Shown here piece by piece: positions 47,210-56,884 of a DNA stretch of 64,000 nucleotides. The stretch's first letter is position 1. Every line of letters starts with the position of its first letter. The notes under the pieces are model-generated. The model had not been told where the DNA came from. It worked only from the letters and a program-made list of their open reading frames with translations, and searched no databases. The translations under genes and the position numbers were made by a program. Source of the stretch: a virus; IMG/VR virus record IMGVR_UViG_3300027509_000012; one strand, given 5' to 3'.

Positions 47210-47758
47210 ATGTATTTCACTGGCATAGGCTCACGAAACACCCCAAAGGACGTTCTATCCACTATGCAGTCAATATCAGAGCAACTATGCTCTAGCGGTA
47301 TGGTATTGCGTAGTGGAGGCGCTGACGGAGCTGATACAGCGTTTGAGCGGGGTTGTGACGCCGTTTCTGGCAAAAAAGAGATATATTTACCGTGGAAAGG
47401 CTTTAATGATAACGATTCTGAGCTTTTTAACGTCTGTGGACAGGCATTAATCATAGCAGGCGATATCTATGGCTCACGTTGGAATACCCAATCACTGGCA
47501 GTTAAAAAATTAATGGCTCGAAATATATATCAAATTATAGGTCAAGAACTAACGTATGACACTCGTAGTGAGTTTGTCATTTGCTATACACCAGATGGTT
47601 GTGAAACGGATGGTTCTAGGTCTAGAAAGTCAGGAGGTAGTGGACAAGCAATTTCTCTCGCTAATATTATGGGAATTCCTGTTTTTAATTTAAAGAATAA
47701 AAATGCCATAAATCGAATAAATAATGAGATAGAGATAATTAATTTATTCAGCGAGTAG
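47210..47758 (+). CDS. SLOG-fold (DprA/YspA-like) nucleotide-binding protein
   Basis: FTGIGSRNTP, LRSGGADGAD.AFE, RN..QI.G, GGSGQAI. Confidence 0.75.
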   Translation: MYFTGIGSRNTPKDVLSTMQSISEQLCSSGMVLRSGGADGADTAFERGCDAVSGKKEIYLPWKGFNDNDSELFNVCGQALIIAGDIYGSRWNTQSLAVKKLMARNIYQIIGQELTYDTRSEFVICYTPDGCETDGSRSRKSGGSGQAISLANIMGIPVFNLKNKNAINRINNEIEIINLFSE

Positions 47759-47762
47759 CAAT

Positions 47763-48155
47763 ATGCTCTTATTAGAAATCAGTATGTTCACCGAAATGGC
47801 CGATAAGGACGAACTTCGAAAAGCATACGAAGCAGTTTACAAAATGTTTAATTCTATTGGAATTAAATTTGTTATGCACCCACATGCAATGGATGATCGT
47901 CTACTTGGTCGTGATGCTGCAATAACTGCTGAACAAATGATTGATACCTTTCAGCGAGCAATGGCTCGATCCCCAAAGCGTTTCAAGCAAATTAAAAATA
48001 GAGATTATATTAAATTTGTAATACGCGATTCCTCTAATAATGGTAATTATGTAATCGCAGTAAGAAATAATAAAGCATTATTAATTACTGTTATGTACAA
48101 AGCTAACTACAAATTAGACAACGATAAAGAAACTTCTTTCACTATAGACCTTTAA
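47763..48155 (+). CDS. hypothetical protein with MLLLEI leader
   Basis: F.MHPHAMDDRL..R; leader like other late small ORFs. Confidence 0.55.
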   Translation: MLLLEISMFTEMADKDELRKAYEAVYKMFNSIGIKFVMHPHAMDDRLLGRDAAITAEQMIDTFQRAMARSPKRFKQIKNRDYIKFVIRDSSNNGNYVIAVRNNKALLITVMYKANYKLDNDKETSFTIDL

Positions 48156-48159
48156 TGAT

Positions 48160-48188
48160 TTGACATTAATTTTTTAATAGCTTATAGT
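48160..48188 (+). promoter_or_regulatory. sigma70-type promoter
   Basis: TTGACA -17- TATAGT. Confidence 0.65.
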
Positions 48189-48196
48189 TTTGAAAT

Positions 48197-48709
48197 ATGA
48201 GCGATGAAAAATTTAAAGCTATCGAAGGATCTATCTCCAGACTTTCTTCTGAAGTAGAAAATCATTTAAAAGATGGTTGGTCACTTCATGGAACTGTGAT
48301 TGAATCTATTGATAAAATTACAACCATCCCAATATATATTCAATTTTTATATAGAGAAGAAAAGTCTGATTCTCCACCAGAGACATATGCAGAACAGTAT
48401 ACCAGAGAACAGCGAGAGTCTTTACAAAAATTAAAAGATGTTGTTCGAAGGAAAAATAAATCAAAAATATATCATATGTTCTCTGTTAGAGCTAATTTTT
48501 TAATCGAGCCACATGAAATGGTTGGTATTGATAAAATCTATACAGCAGATACTACATCAAATTCTGAGCAGGGATGGGTTTACAGGTTTGATATTTTATC
48601 TAGAGATGGAGAAGATGCTCGCGAATTTCTTGTAAGCTTGTTGGAACCACAATTAACGAGTGATATGAATTGGTATAACATAACTGAGATTAAATTACTC
48701 AATGACTAA
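48197..48709 (+). CDS. hypothetical protein (DUF1737-like N-terminus)
   Basis: LSSEVENHLKDGWSLHG. Confidence 0.55.
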   Translation: MSDEKFKAIEGSISRLSSEVENHLKDGWSLHGTVIESIDKITTIPIYIQFLYREEKSDSPPETYAEQYTREQRESLQKLKDVVRRKNKSKIYHMFSVRANFLIEPHEMVGIDKIYTADTTSNSEQGWVYRFDILSRDGEDAREFLVSLLEPQLTSDMNWYNITEIKLLND

Positions 48710-48899
48710 TGAAACCGAAAAACCTAACACAGTAAATCATATAACAAACGAATCAACAGATTGGTCTGGACCATTATTTATTTTGGCAATCGCAATAGCA
48801 CTTGGTGTATACTACGAAGTAGGCATATCATTTGAAGATGTTAATGGTAAAGAAGGATACTTTTTAGAATATAAAAACAAAGGCGGTGAAGATGATTAA
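48702..48899 (+). CDS. small membrane protein
   Basis: One hydrophobic segment. Confidence 0.45.
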   Translation: MTNETEKPNTVNHITNESTDWSGPLFILAIAIALGVYYEVGISFEDVNGKEGYFLEYKNKGGEDD

Positions 48900-49608
48900 T
48901 ATCGATCATAAAAATGGAACAATTTACTTATCTGGTGGAATGGAATATGCACCACCAGATGATCCACTAGGTGGAAAATGGAGACTTGCTTGTGCTAAAG
49001 AATTAGTCAATATGGATTATGTACCACTTGATATAACAGCACTGGACGTATCTTATCAAGAAAAGCATGGCGATATTATGGGTGATATAAGATTTGATAC
49101 ATCACGTAGTGAACTTCACCGAAAGGCAGCGGTACGCCAACACTTCATTATTTCTGATATTCGATTATTAGAAGAAGATACTGATGCTGTCATTTTATTA
49201 TATGATGAATCAGCAAGACGTGGAGCTGGAACAATCTCAGAGGCACAGATGTGCTTTCAATATGACATTCCATTGTTTGTGGTATCAGCATGGGAAGATT
49301 GGCAAACTGAAGTTCCATCGTGGTTGCATGGTTTATCAACCAAAGTATTCACTGACTTTGAAACCTTATATCACTACTTGGATAATCTACCAGAACGTAT
49401 TTTAACTAAAGACTTATATGGTAATCGTGGTGCAGGTAATGAATATCTTTGTTCTTTGAGTGGAGAAGTATTCACTAAAAAAGATGATCATTTCGTTTCA
49501 ACGATAAAACCACTGTATTCTAAACCAGCAGTTGATGTGGTTAAAGAAACCAGAGAAAAGATGTATGATCGATACCAACATTTTAAAGACGTATTAGAGG
49601 AAACATAA
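48892..49608 (+). CDS. nucleoside 2-deoxyribosyltransferase-like protein
   Basis: IYLSGGME, WR, D...L...D, GAGTISEA, IPLFVV. Confidence 0.65.
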   Translation: MINIDHKNGTIYLSGGMEYAPPDDPLGGKWRLACAKELVNMDYVPLDITALDVSYQEKHGDIMGDIRFDTSRSELHRKAAVRQHFIISDIRLLEEDTDAVILLYDESARRGAGTISEAQMCFQYDIPLFVVSAWEDWQTEVPSWLHGLSTKVFTDFETLYHYLDNLPERILTKDLYGNRGAGNEYLCSLSGEVFTKKDDHFVSTIKPLYSKPAVDVVKETREKMYDRYQHFKDVLEET

Positions 49609-49895
49609 TGCCTTATATTAAACAAAATAAACGAGATGATTTAGATAAACAAATTGATAAATTGCTCACCGCAATTAAATTTACAGCATCTGGTGAACCA
49701 GAAAACTTAGAAGGTATTATGAATTATACCATTACTAAACTGGTTCATGAATTTTATGGCAGTGACGAATTTTCCACTAGCTATAAACAAATCTCTAAAG
49801 CCACTGGTATGTTGGAGAATGTAAAACAGGAATATTATCGTAAAGTAGCATCACCCTACGAAGATATTGCTGAAGAGAAAAATGGTAAACTCTAA
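49608..49895 (+). CDS. conserved phage hypothetical protein
   Basis: MPYIKQ..R...G.MNY.ITKL...G.LE.VKQEYYR...PYED....NG. Confidence 0.65.
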   Translation: MPYIKQNKRDDLDKQIDKLLTAIKFTASGEPENLEGIMNYTITKLVHEFYGSDEFSTSYKQISKATGMLENVKQEYYRKVASPYEDIAEEKNGKL

Positions 49896-49906
49896 TAAAT
49901 AGTATT

Positions 49907-50230
49907 ATGGCAATTACAATAACAGAACAAGCTGCTGAGCACATCAGTAGCTGTATAACTAAACGTGGTAAGGGTATAGGTTTACGCCTAGCTGTACGCA
50001 CGACTGGTTGTTCTGGTATGGCATACGTTCTCGAATACGTAGATGAAGTTAATGAAGAAGATATTGTATTTGAACAGTATGATATTAATATTTTTGTTGA
50101 TAAAAAAAGCTTTGCTTATCTTGATGGTACTGAACTTGATTTTGGAAAGGATGGATTAAATGAAGGAATTCAATTCAATAATCCAAATGTAGCCGATGAA
50201 TGTGGTTGCGGTGAAAGTTTTAATGTTTAA
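49907..50230 (+). CDS. iscA: A-type Fe-S cluster carrier IscA
   Basis: [27 protein letters not shown]...[12 protein letters not shown], closely matching gammaproteobacterial IscA. Confidence 0.95.
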   Translation: MAITITEQAAEHISSCITKRGKGIGLRLAVRTTGCSGMAYVLEYVDEVNEEDIVFEQYDINIFVDKKSFAYLDGTELDFGKDGLNEGIQFNNPNVADECGCGESFNV

Positions 50231-50299
50231 TTAATAATTAAATTAATTGGTTCGTCCTCTCTTAACTTTAATAAGTATTAAGGAATTAGGAGATAATTA

Positions 50300-50482
50300 A
50301 TGATTACTGAACAAGAAAAAACTTATTACGTAGTGACTATAGACGGAAGACCAGTATCAACTGAGCGTCATGAATCACAGATGCTTGCTGAAATGGCAAA
50401 ATCTAATCTTCCAGAAGATCAAAAATCCCTCGCCGAAATTACTCAAGTTGCCGAAAACGGCCAACAAGTTCTTCTAGGATAA
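50300..50482 (+). CDS. small hypothetical protein
   Basis: AGGAG RBS. Confidence 0.55.
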   Translation: MITEQEKTYYVVTIDGRPVSTERHESQMLAEMAKSNLPEDQKSLAEITQVAENGQQVLLG

Positions 50483-50486
50483 GAAC

Positions 50487-50645
50487 ATGATTAAATCCGA
50501 CATAGAAAAGTTGTTAGAAGATATGGAAGTTGTTGTTCGTGATTTACAGGATAATGCTCCTGATCGTGATGATAATTATGATGATGCAATCGATTTAATA
50601 ACCACTTTGTCAGAACAATTGAGTATAATATATTTAACTGAATAA
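50487..50645 (+). CDS. small acidic hypothetical protein (not in ORF track)
   Basis: MIKSDIEKLLEDMEVVVRDLQ..., 52 aa, fills the gap. Confidence 0.45.
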   Translation: MIKSDIEKLLEDMEVVVRDLQDNAPDRDDNYDDAIDLITTLSEQLSIIYLTE

Positions 50646-50663
50646 TCAATAAACGTTTTAAAA

Positions 50664-51041
50664 ATGGAAGATATCATTAAATACAGTACAATGTTAAATT
50701 CTCGTTGGGAGAAATTTATGTCAACTGGGTTCAATGCTCTTTACGTAGACGATATAAGAACATGTCCAGAAGATACCGATGAGTATAGATGGACTACCGC
50801 TAGAACTGGCTGGGAAGCTTTGGTTAAGCTTGAATTAATAGATTTCGAGCTTGTATCATTAGATCATGATATAGCATCGTTTATAGGTAACAAGGAAATT
50901 ACTGGCGCAGATATAGCAATGTGGTTAGCAACAAGAAACCATAATGGATTATATGTACCACCTAAGATAGAAATCCATAGTGCTAATCCTGTGGGTTGTG
51001 AAAACATAGAAGCAATAGTTAAAAGATATTTAACAAAGTAA
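50664..51041 (+). CDS. cyclic-phosphate-processing receiver-like domain protein
   Basis: LYVDDIR..P, LVSLDHDI, TG.DIA.WL, IHSANPVG. Confidence 0.75.
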   Translation: MEDIIKYSTMLNSRWEKFMSTGFNALYVDDIRTCPEDTDEYRWTTARTGWEALVKLELIDFELVSLDHDIASFIGNKEITGADIAMWLATRNHNGLYVPPKIEIHSANPVGCENIEAIVKRYLTK

Positions 51042-51093
51042 AGTTTGATTCAGTTTTCGTTTTATACTATAATAGTAAAAAGCGAGAGTATCT

Positions 51094-52008
51094 ATGATAA
51101 TAGAAAATGAATTAGTTATAGAAGCATTTGAACGTTTTAAAGAAACAAACTCAGTTTCATCTGAACCAGACGAAATAATTCTTACCAGTAAGAAAGTTCT
51201 TTTCAAAAAATTAATAAAGAATAAAAAGCTATATAAATTCAGAGAAGAATGTAAGAACGAATTTAATCGACGTGAAGTACAACGAAAACGCCGAGAAAGA
51301 ATACTCACCGATCAAGTACCACCATTAATGTTTAAACTTGAATGTGCTTATGATTTAGCAAATTTCCTTCATTTAAAAATCCTAAGTAAAATTAAAGCAG
51401 GCGGTCAAGAACAAGAGATAGAAAACTATCTTAGAGATGCAGGCAGAACCATTGGTGCAAAGTTGTATGATCTTCCAGCAATTCAATCTGGCCTATATTC
51501 ATTAGATGCTTTAACTAATATTGCATCTAAGCGCAAATTCACAGACAGAGCCACCACTAACACAAATGAGCATTTCTTTTCACTGTATGCAAACGCTGGA
51601 CCACTTATACTACGAAAGGCAATGCTTCAAACAATGATGAAAGGTAAACCTAACTTTCAATTATCTGAATTTGTAAGAATAGTCTCGTATTTAAATCAAA
51701 CAATTAAAACCACCAGATTAGAAAATGCAAGACTTCAACAGTACCATAGTTTTAATTCATTAATTAATGTTCAAGAATCATATGATAAAGCCATCGTTTC
51801 CAGACTGGTTAACTGTGGACATGATTACGATTCTGATATTCATATAAAATGGATGTTCGCCTGTCAGGAACATGGGTTTGATCTTAAAATAGAAGCAGGC
51901 AGACACTTTACTGGTATAATAGAATTAGAGGATGCAATAGAGGCATATCCAGAGATTAAAAATATAAAGAAATATTTACCAAAATCTTTGAAACCATATC
52001 GTGGCTAA
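51094..52008 (+). CDS. hypothetical protein
   Basis: Long ORF, no motif recognised. Confidence 0.6.
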   Translation: MIIENELVIEAFERFKETNSVSSEPDEIILTSKKVLFKKLIKNKKLYKFREECKNEFNRREVQRKRRERILTDQVPPLMFKLECAYDLANFLHLKILSKIKAGGQEQEIENYLRDAGRTIGAKLYDLPAIQSGLYSLDALTNIASKRKFTDRATTNTNEHFFSLYANAGPLILRKAMLQTMMKGKPNFQLSEFVRIVSYLNQTIKTTRLENARLQQYHSFNSLINVQESYDKAIVSRLVNCGHDYDSDIHIKWMFACQEHGFDLKIEAGRHFTGIIELEDAIEAYPEIKNIKKYLPKSLKPYRG

Positions 52009-52023
52009 TTAATAAATAGCAAT

Positions 52024-52197
52024 ATGTCAAACAACAAAGATGCTCATTTAATAAAGATTTTATCAGAACTTGGTTTGAGGGATGAACCGGAATTGACTCC
52101 AGAACAGGAAGATCAGTTTCGGGCAGCTTATGACCCAGAATTTAAATTTCAGAAGGATTTAGAGCGTATTTTTAATTCAGATTCTAACGAGGAATAA
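52024..52197 (+). CDS. small hypothetical protein (not in ORF track)
   Basis: MSNNKDAHLIKIL..., 57 aa, preceded by AATAAATA. Confidence 0.4.
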   Translation: MSNNKDAHLIKILSELGLRDEPELTPEQEDQFRAAYDPEFKFQKDLERIFNSDSNEE

Positions 52198-52201
52198 ACA
52201 A

Positions 52202-52444
52202 ATGCCAGATATAACATATGATTACCAACCATCCGACGAAGTATATGTAATAGTTGATTGTGGTAAATCACATTCTGTATTACCAGCCAAAGTTATAAAG
52301 GTGGCTGTTGAAGTAGTGTCAACAAAAACAACTATCGAATACACTGTATCTACTTCACTTAGCAATTCAGAAATAGTGTCTGCTGACGATATTTACGCAA
52401 CTAAAGAATCAGCTATTACAGCTTACACAGAACTTGTAGATTAA
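52202..52444 (+). CDS. hypothetical protein
   Basis: GAGG RBS. Confidence 0.55.
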   Translation: MPDITYDYQPSDEVYVIVDCGKSHSVLPAKVIKVAVEVVSTKTTIEYTVSTSLSNSEIVSADDIYATKESAITAYTELVD

Positions 52445-52447
52445 TAA

Positions 52448-53893
52448 ATGCCACTATCTGATTACATCGTTGATGTTACGCCTGACGGTTCACGTAAAGG
52501 TTTAATATTAAATCGTATTGACGAAAAACGTCAAAGTATTTCTGACGGTACGGTTAAAAATACAGTTGATATGACAGCAGCAGAAATTGCTGACAGTGAT
52601 ATTATTGAAACTGAAAAAGTTATATTTGCTGATACAAGTAGAATCGATGATGAGTTAGATGAAGATGATGACAGTGGTGTAGCCATGTCAGATCAATTAG
52701 GTGAGCTATTAGATGTAGTCAATAGTATTAATACTATCGATACAAATCAAGGCACTGGCCCATTCAATAGTGCACAACCAATGCAGCTAAAAAACATACC
52801 AGCAGATCGCGTATTAACTCATGTTGAAACTACCAGAAACTTTAGATTTAAATTTGGTTTTGGAGATAAAGTAGGTGAAAGAATTATTAATGGGGCTGAT
52901 ATTGAAACATATGATAAGTTAATCGATAAACTTAATGAAATTATATCTATAAATGGTTTAGATGGAACTGTTACATATGTAAGCTTGGATTATAAAACAG
53001 GCGAACATGGATTAGTATTTAAAAGTAACGTAACAGGCCAACCAGCCAACTTAACACCGATTGATGATAGTCCACCTACAGTAGCAATTGTTAGTGAAGC
53101 AACGGTTCAAATTATATTTGATTATGATTATTCTATTGATGGAGAAAATGACTATTCAAATACTTCAGTATCAACAACAGTTGATGGTGATAATGCAGAA
53201 ATTTATATACCACTTCCTGCAATTGATGATAGATCCATTTTAACAAAATTAGATTCCACCAAAACATATTCATTTACATTCGAACGTTTAAATTCTGCAA
53301 CCAATGGAGTTAAGGGACTTGAAGGTAATCAAAGAGCGAAGGTAATTAGAGTGACTGGTGATAATGTTACTAGACTAGATACTCTTATTGAAGAAATAAA
53401 CACAGTGTTGGATGGTACTGCAACAATAGAATTTGGAAAGAAGATTCCAAATTATGGATTATTAATATTAAAAAGTGTTGACACAGAAATACTTGGACTG
53501 TCCGTATCAGTGGCAGATCTGTTTCATGAAATAGGAATACCATTTGAATTGTATAGTCCGATATCAGGCGGTGAAAATTTACTTCAAGTATTAAAATTTA
53601 CTTGGAGATATGATCAACGAGAGTGGACTCGTGTAATACCTTATGAATGGTTAGAATATAGGCTTGGAGTTGGAACTGAGGAACGTGGTCAACTTACTGC
53701 TAGTGGAGTTGAATCATCTGGCGTTATAGTCGCAGAGGGCGAATCAGAACCTGCTGATACACCAGACGTGGCAGCGTTCGGTACTAATCAAACTATTAGC
53801 TTAGATTCTGGTGGAACATTCACAGGTAATACTACCGTAGGCAAAACAGATGATGGTTTTGATAGAACATCAATTGGCGTTGGTTTAATTTAA
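52448..53893 (+). CDS. probable virion structural protein with internal duplication
   Basis: Repeated units (I.G.DI.TYDKLIDKLNE..I..G / VTGDNVTRLDTLIEEINTVLDG). Confidence 0.5.
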   Translation: MPLSDYIVDVTPDGSRKGLILNRIDEKRQSISDGTVKNTVDMTAAEIADSDIIETEKVIFADTSRIDDELDEDDDSGVAMSDQLGELLDVVNSINTIDTNQGTGPFNSAQPMQLKNIPADRVLTHVETTRNFRFKFGFGDKVGERIINGADIETYDKLIDKLNEIISINGLDGTVTYVSLDYKTGEHGLVFKSNVTGQPANLTPIDDSPPTVAIVSEATVQIIFDYDYSIDGENDYSNTSVSTTVDGDNAEIYIPLPAIDDRSILTKLDSTKTYSFTFERLNSATNGVKGLEGNQRAKVIRVTGDNVTRLDTLIEEINTVLDGTATIEFGKKIPNYGLLILKSVDTEILGLSVSVADLFHEIGIPFELYSPISGGENLLQVLKFTWRYDQREWTRVIPYEWLEYRLGVGTEERGQLTASGVESSGVIVAEGESEPADTPDVAAFGTNQTISLDSGGTFTGNTTVGKTDDGFDRTSIGVGLI

Positions 53894-53916
53894 TTCAAGC
53901 TTCACTAGGCTAAATC

Positions 53917-53924
53917 TATAAATA
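53917..53924 (+). promoter_or_regulatory. T4-like late promoter TATAAATA
   Basis: Exact consensus before the holin-like gene. Confidence 0.55.
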
Positions 53925-53955
53925 TCTATTATAATTATTAATTAAAATGTGAGAT

Positions 53956-54216
53956 TTGCTAGTGGATTTAAATGACATGTCACCGGAGCGTAAGGAAATG
54001 CTTCAAAAATTGTCCGATCTATCTCAAGAAGATCTTAAAGGTCTTTTGAAGATAGTCGAACGCCATCCTGACATACTACAAATTGTTAAAAAGAACGAAG
54101 CTTTTGGAATTGTAGCAGCATGGATGAAAAACGGTGCCATATGGATCACCGTGGTTGTTGGTGCATATTATCTTGGCATCGAAAAACTAGGCGCATTTTT
54201 AACTGGATTAATGTAA
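53956..54216 (+). CDS. small membrane protein, holin-like
   Basis: Charged N-half, C-terminal hydrophobic segment; TTG start uncertain. Confidence 0.4.
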   Translation: MLVDLNDMSPERKEMLQKLSDLSQEDLKGLLKIVERHPDILQIVKKNEAFGIVAAWMKNGAIWITVVVGAYYLGIEKLGAFLTGLM

Positions 54217-54818
54217 TGGGAATGTCTGAGTCGAAGCGGTTAGTATGGAAAATCACGCACAATGTTTTAGCACTAGTATTTTTAGTGATATTTGGTTTTT
54301 ATTTCTACGAAAGTAAAATACTAACGTTTAATTCATATACTGATATAGTTTCTATTGTTCCAACAAAGAATGAATTTGAAGGTGAAGAAGATATTGAATT
54401 TTATATCTTCATGACTGATGAAGATGGTACTGATGAACACAAGGATAAAGATTTAACTGTTATAGAATCATTACGCTGTGATGCTGGAAGTACATCAGGG
54501 TTTGAAGTAATATCATCTCAGAATGTAACAATCGAAACTGATCTATTAATAGAATCAGAAGATGCACGAACAATTATATCCAAAGGTAAGGATGTAATGT
54601 CCTACTCTCAAATATCAAGCACATTACGCCAGCTAGCAAAAAGCCTAGCAAATTCGGATACTGTTATATACAAAGGATCACTTCCTAATACAACATCAGA
54701 ATGTTTAATTGAATATGAATTTATAACATTCACCGAAAGATTTGGTCTAGAAAAAACATTATCTCTGCAAAGCTATCCATTCGATTATGTCTGGTATTAC
54801 TCTCCATTTGATGACTAA
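54216..54818 (+). CDS. single-pass membrane protein with periplasmic beta-domain and Cys pair
   Basis: N-terminal TM, LRCD...ECLIEY; TAATG overlap. Confidence 0.55.
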   Translation: MGMSESKRLVWKITHNVLALVFLVIFGFYFYESKILTFNSYTDIVSIVPTKNEFEGEEDIEFYIFMTDEDGTDEHKDKDLTVIESLRCDAGSTSGFEVISSQNVTIETDLLIESEDARTIISKGKDVMSYSQISSTLRQLAKSLANSDTVIYKGSLPNTTSECLIEYEFITFTERFGLEKTLSLQSYPFDYVWYYSPFDD

Positions 54819-54932
54819 TTAATTCATTCCATTAAGGCATATATTAAAGTAGTCAGTTTCTAAGATTTACAATCCCTTATTATACTATATAGTAGGTATA
54901 ATAGTATTTAAATTAAGGGGATATTTTCCATC

Positions 54933-55139
54933 ATGGAACAAATTGATTACCAGAAACACATAAGACACGCACATATTTTACGAGCTGAAATGGTTAGAAA
55001 TTTTTTTAAAGATCGACGCGATAAAAAAATGGCATATAAACAGCTAAAGTTTTTATCCAATCAACAATTATTTGATATCGGCATAGATCCTCATTTGCTT
55101 AATAAGGGACCAAAGTATTTTCCGTGGAAAGCTAAATAA
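54933..55139 (+). CDS. DUF1127 (YjiS-like) small protein
   Basis: RRDKKMAYKQLKFLSNQQLFDIGI; R-rich N-part. Confidence 0.75.
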   Translation: MEQIDYQKHIRHAHILRAEMVRNFFKDRRDKKMAYKQLKFLSNQQLFDIGIDPHLLNKGPKYFPWKAK

Positions 55140-55208
55140 TTTTAGATTAAGGTATTTTGGAATGTAAAACCATGATATAATTATTTCTCATTAATTAATA
55201 ATTATATC

Positions 55209-56474
55209 ATGGAACAATTTGCATCATATTTAGACAGTATGGGCTTAGGGGAGATGTCAGCCTCTCTCATTGGCCTTGCAGCATTATCTACTGCATTTCA
55301 TTTTATTTGGGGTTTCATAGCACCAGTACTGAATGGTTTTCAAAAATCTCTTTACAATATGATTGTAAGAGAACTTGAAGTCTATGTTGCAGATCCTGAT
55401 TATAATAAAATTAATATCTGGATTGAACAAAATCAACAGTATACTAGATTTCAACGCACCTATAAAATAATAACACCTCGTGGTGAAACTGAAACTGCTC
55501 ATGATGATTATGAAACATCAGTTACTAAAGAAAAGAAAGTTAATAAGTTAGTTGCAGGCTACGGTACTATATGGATGTTCCATCCAAAATATAAACTAAT
55601 GTCTATATCAAGACAGAAAATTGAAAACAAGCAAGTCTATGCACAGACAGAATCACTGTACGTTAGATTCTTTTCTTTTTCAGCATTAAATATTCTTAAA
55701 TTTTTCAGCGCAATTTCTCATTTAGAAGATGATGATGGCCCGTTTGTCTATGATACATCAGATTCATATTCACAATGGTGGCGCAATTTGGGAATGCCTA
55801 AGAAGGTATATCCACCAGTGGGTGAGCAAGCCAATTATTTTTTAAATGATATTAAAAACTTTTTGGAGAAGAAGGAACTATATAAGAAAAGAAATGTTCC
55901 ATTCAAAAGAGGTTATTTATTGTATGGAGAGCCGGGTACTGGGAAGACTTCAATTATTTCACATCTCTCCTACAAACATAGTTTGAATTTGTATTCTTTA
56001 AAAGCAGAATCAATTTCTAATTTTTCTCAATTGATGCACCAGATAAAACCAAACTCTATAATTGTAATTGAAGATATAGATTTTACATCTATCGGAAAGA
56101 AACGAAGGGGTGCTGGCAATAAAAAATCAGAGACAGCCGAAGAACCAAAAAAGAAAGATGAATCAACAATGCAACAATTTTTAAATGTACTTGATGGTAT
56201 TATTGATTTCAATGGATGTATTGTTGTAGCTACTACAAATAAAAATCCAGATGATTTGGATGGTGCATTAATTCGACCCGGCAGATTAGATCAAAAAATT
56301 CACATTGGAAGATTAAATCATGATTCACAAGTAAATCACATAAACCATTTCTATGAATCTGAGATATCTCCCGCAGATATACCAACACAGGAACCTAGAA
56401 CATTTGCAGAATTACAGCATTTATGTTTAGCTCACATAGAATCAATAGATGATTTGGTGGAGAATTTGAAATGA
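55209..56474 (+). CDS. BCS1-like membrane-anchored AAA ATPase
   Basis: N-terminal TM; D.YNKI..WI, GYG.IW; VPFKRGYLLYGEPGTGKTS, IVIEDID, LNVLDG, TTN, ALIRPGRLD. Confidence 0.8.
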   Translation: MEQFASYLDSMGLGEMSASLIGLAALSTAFHFIWGFIAPVLNGFQKSLYNMIVRELEVYVADPDYNKINIWIEQNQQYTRFQRTYKIITPRGETETAHDDYETSVTKEKKVNKLVAGYGTIWMFHPKYKLMSISRQKIENKQVYAQTESLYVRFFSFSALNILKFFSAISHLEDDDGPFVYDTSDSYSQWWRNLGMPKKVYPPVGEQANYFLNDIKNFLEKKELYKKRNVPFKRGYLLYGEPGTGKTSIISHLSYKHSLNLYSLKAESISNFSQLMHQIKPNSIIVIEDIDFTSIGKKRRGAGNKKSETAEEPKKKDESTMQQFLNVLDGIIDFNGCIVVATTNKNPDDLDGALIRPGRLDQKIHIGRLNHDSQVNHINHFYESEISPADIPTQEPRTFAELQHLCLAHIESIDDLVENLK

Positions 56475-56884
56475 AAGAACAGCACATAAACATACCAGAA
56501 GAAATGAAAAAACATTTAGATGAAAAATATTCATCACACATTCCTGTAGGATGGAAATCATTGGTTGAAGAATTACATACAGAATTAGTTGCTGTGGATG
56601 AAGATTATAAACTAACATTAATTAAAGAAAAATTTGGTGTATTAGTAATATATGTTGAATATATAAAAAATAAAAATCCATTAAAAACTGCTATAGATGT
56701 AATGCGCCGATACGAACAAAAATCATCAACTGTGTGTATGGAATGTTCAAGCACTGATGGTATTTGGGGTATAAAATCAAAGGATGTTAATTGGTTAGTA
56801 GTAAATTGTCTTAAATGTCAATCAGATACGTTCAAAGACAATAGAGATACGGAAATATATAATCGAATAACAGGAGCTACTTAA
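56471..56884 (+). CDS. conserved phage hypothetical protein
   Basis: GWKSL...IKEKFG.L..Y...CMEC...C..C. Confidence 0.65.
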   Translation: MKEQHINIPEEMKKHLDEKYSSHIPVGWKSLVEELHTELVAVDEDYKLTLIKEKFGVLVIYVEYIKNKNPLKTAIDVMRRYEQKSSTVCMECSSTDGIWGIKSKDVNWLVVNCLKCQSDTFKDNRDTEIYNRITGAT

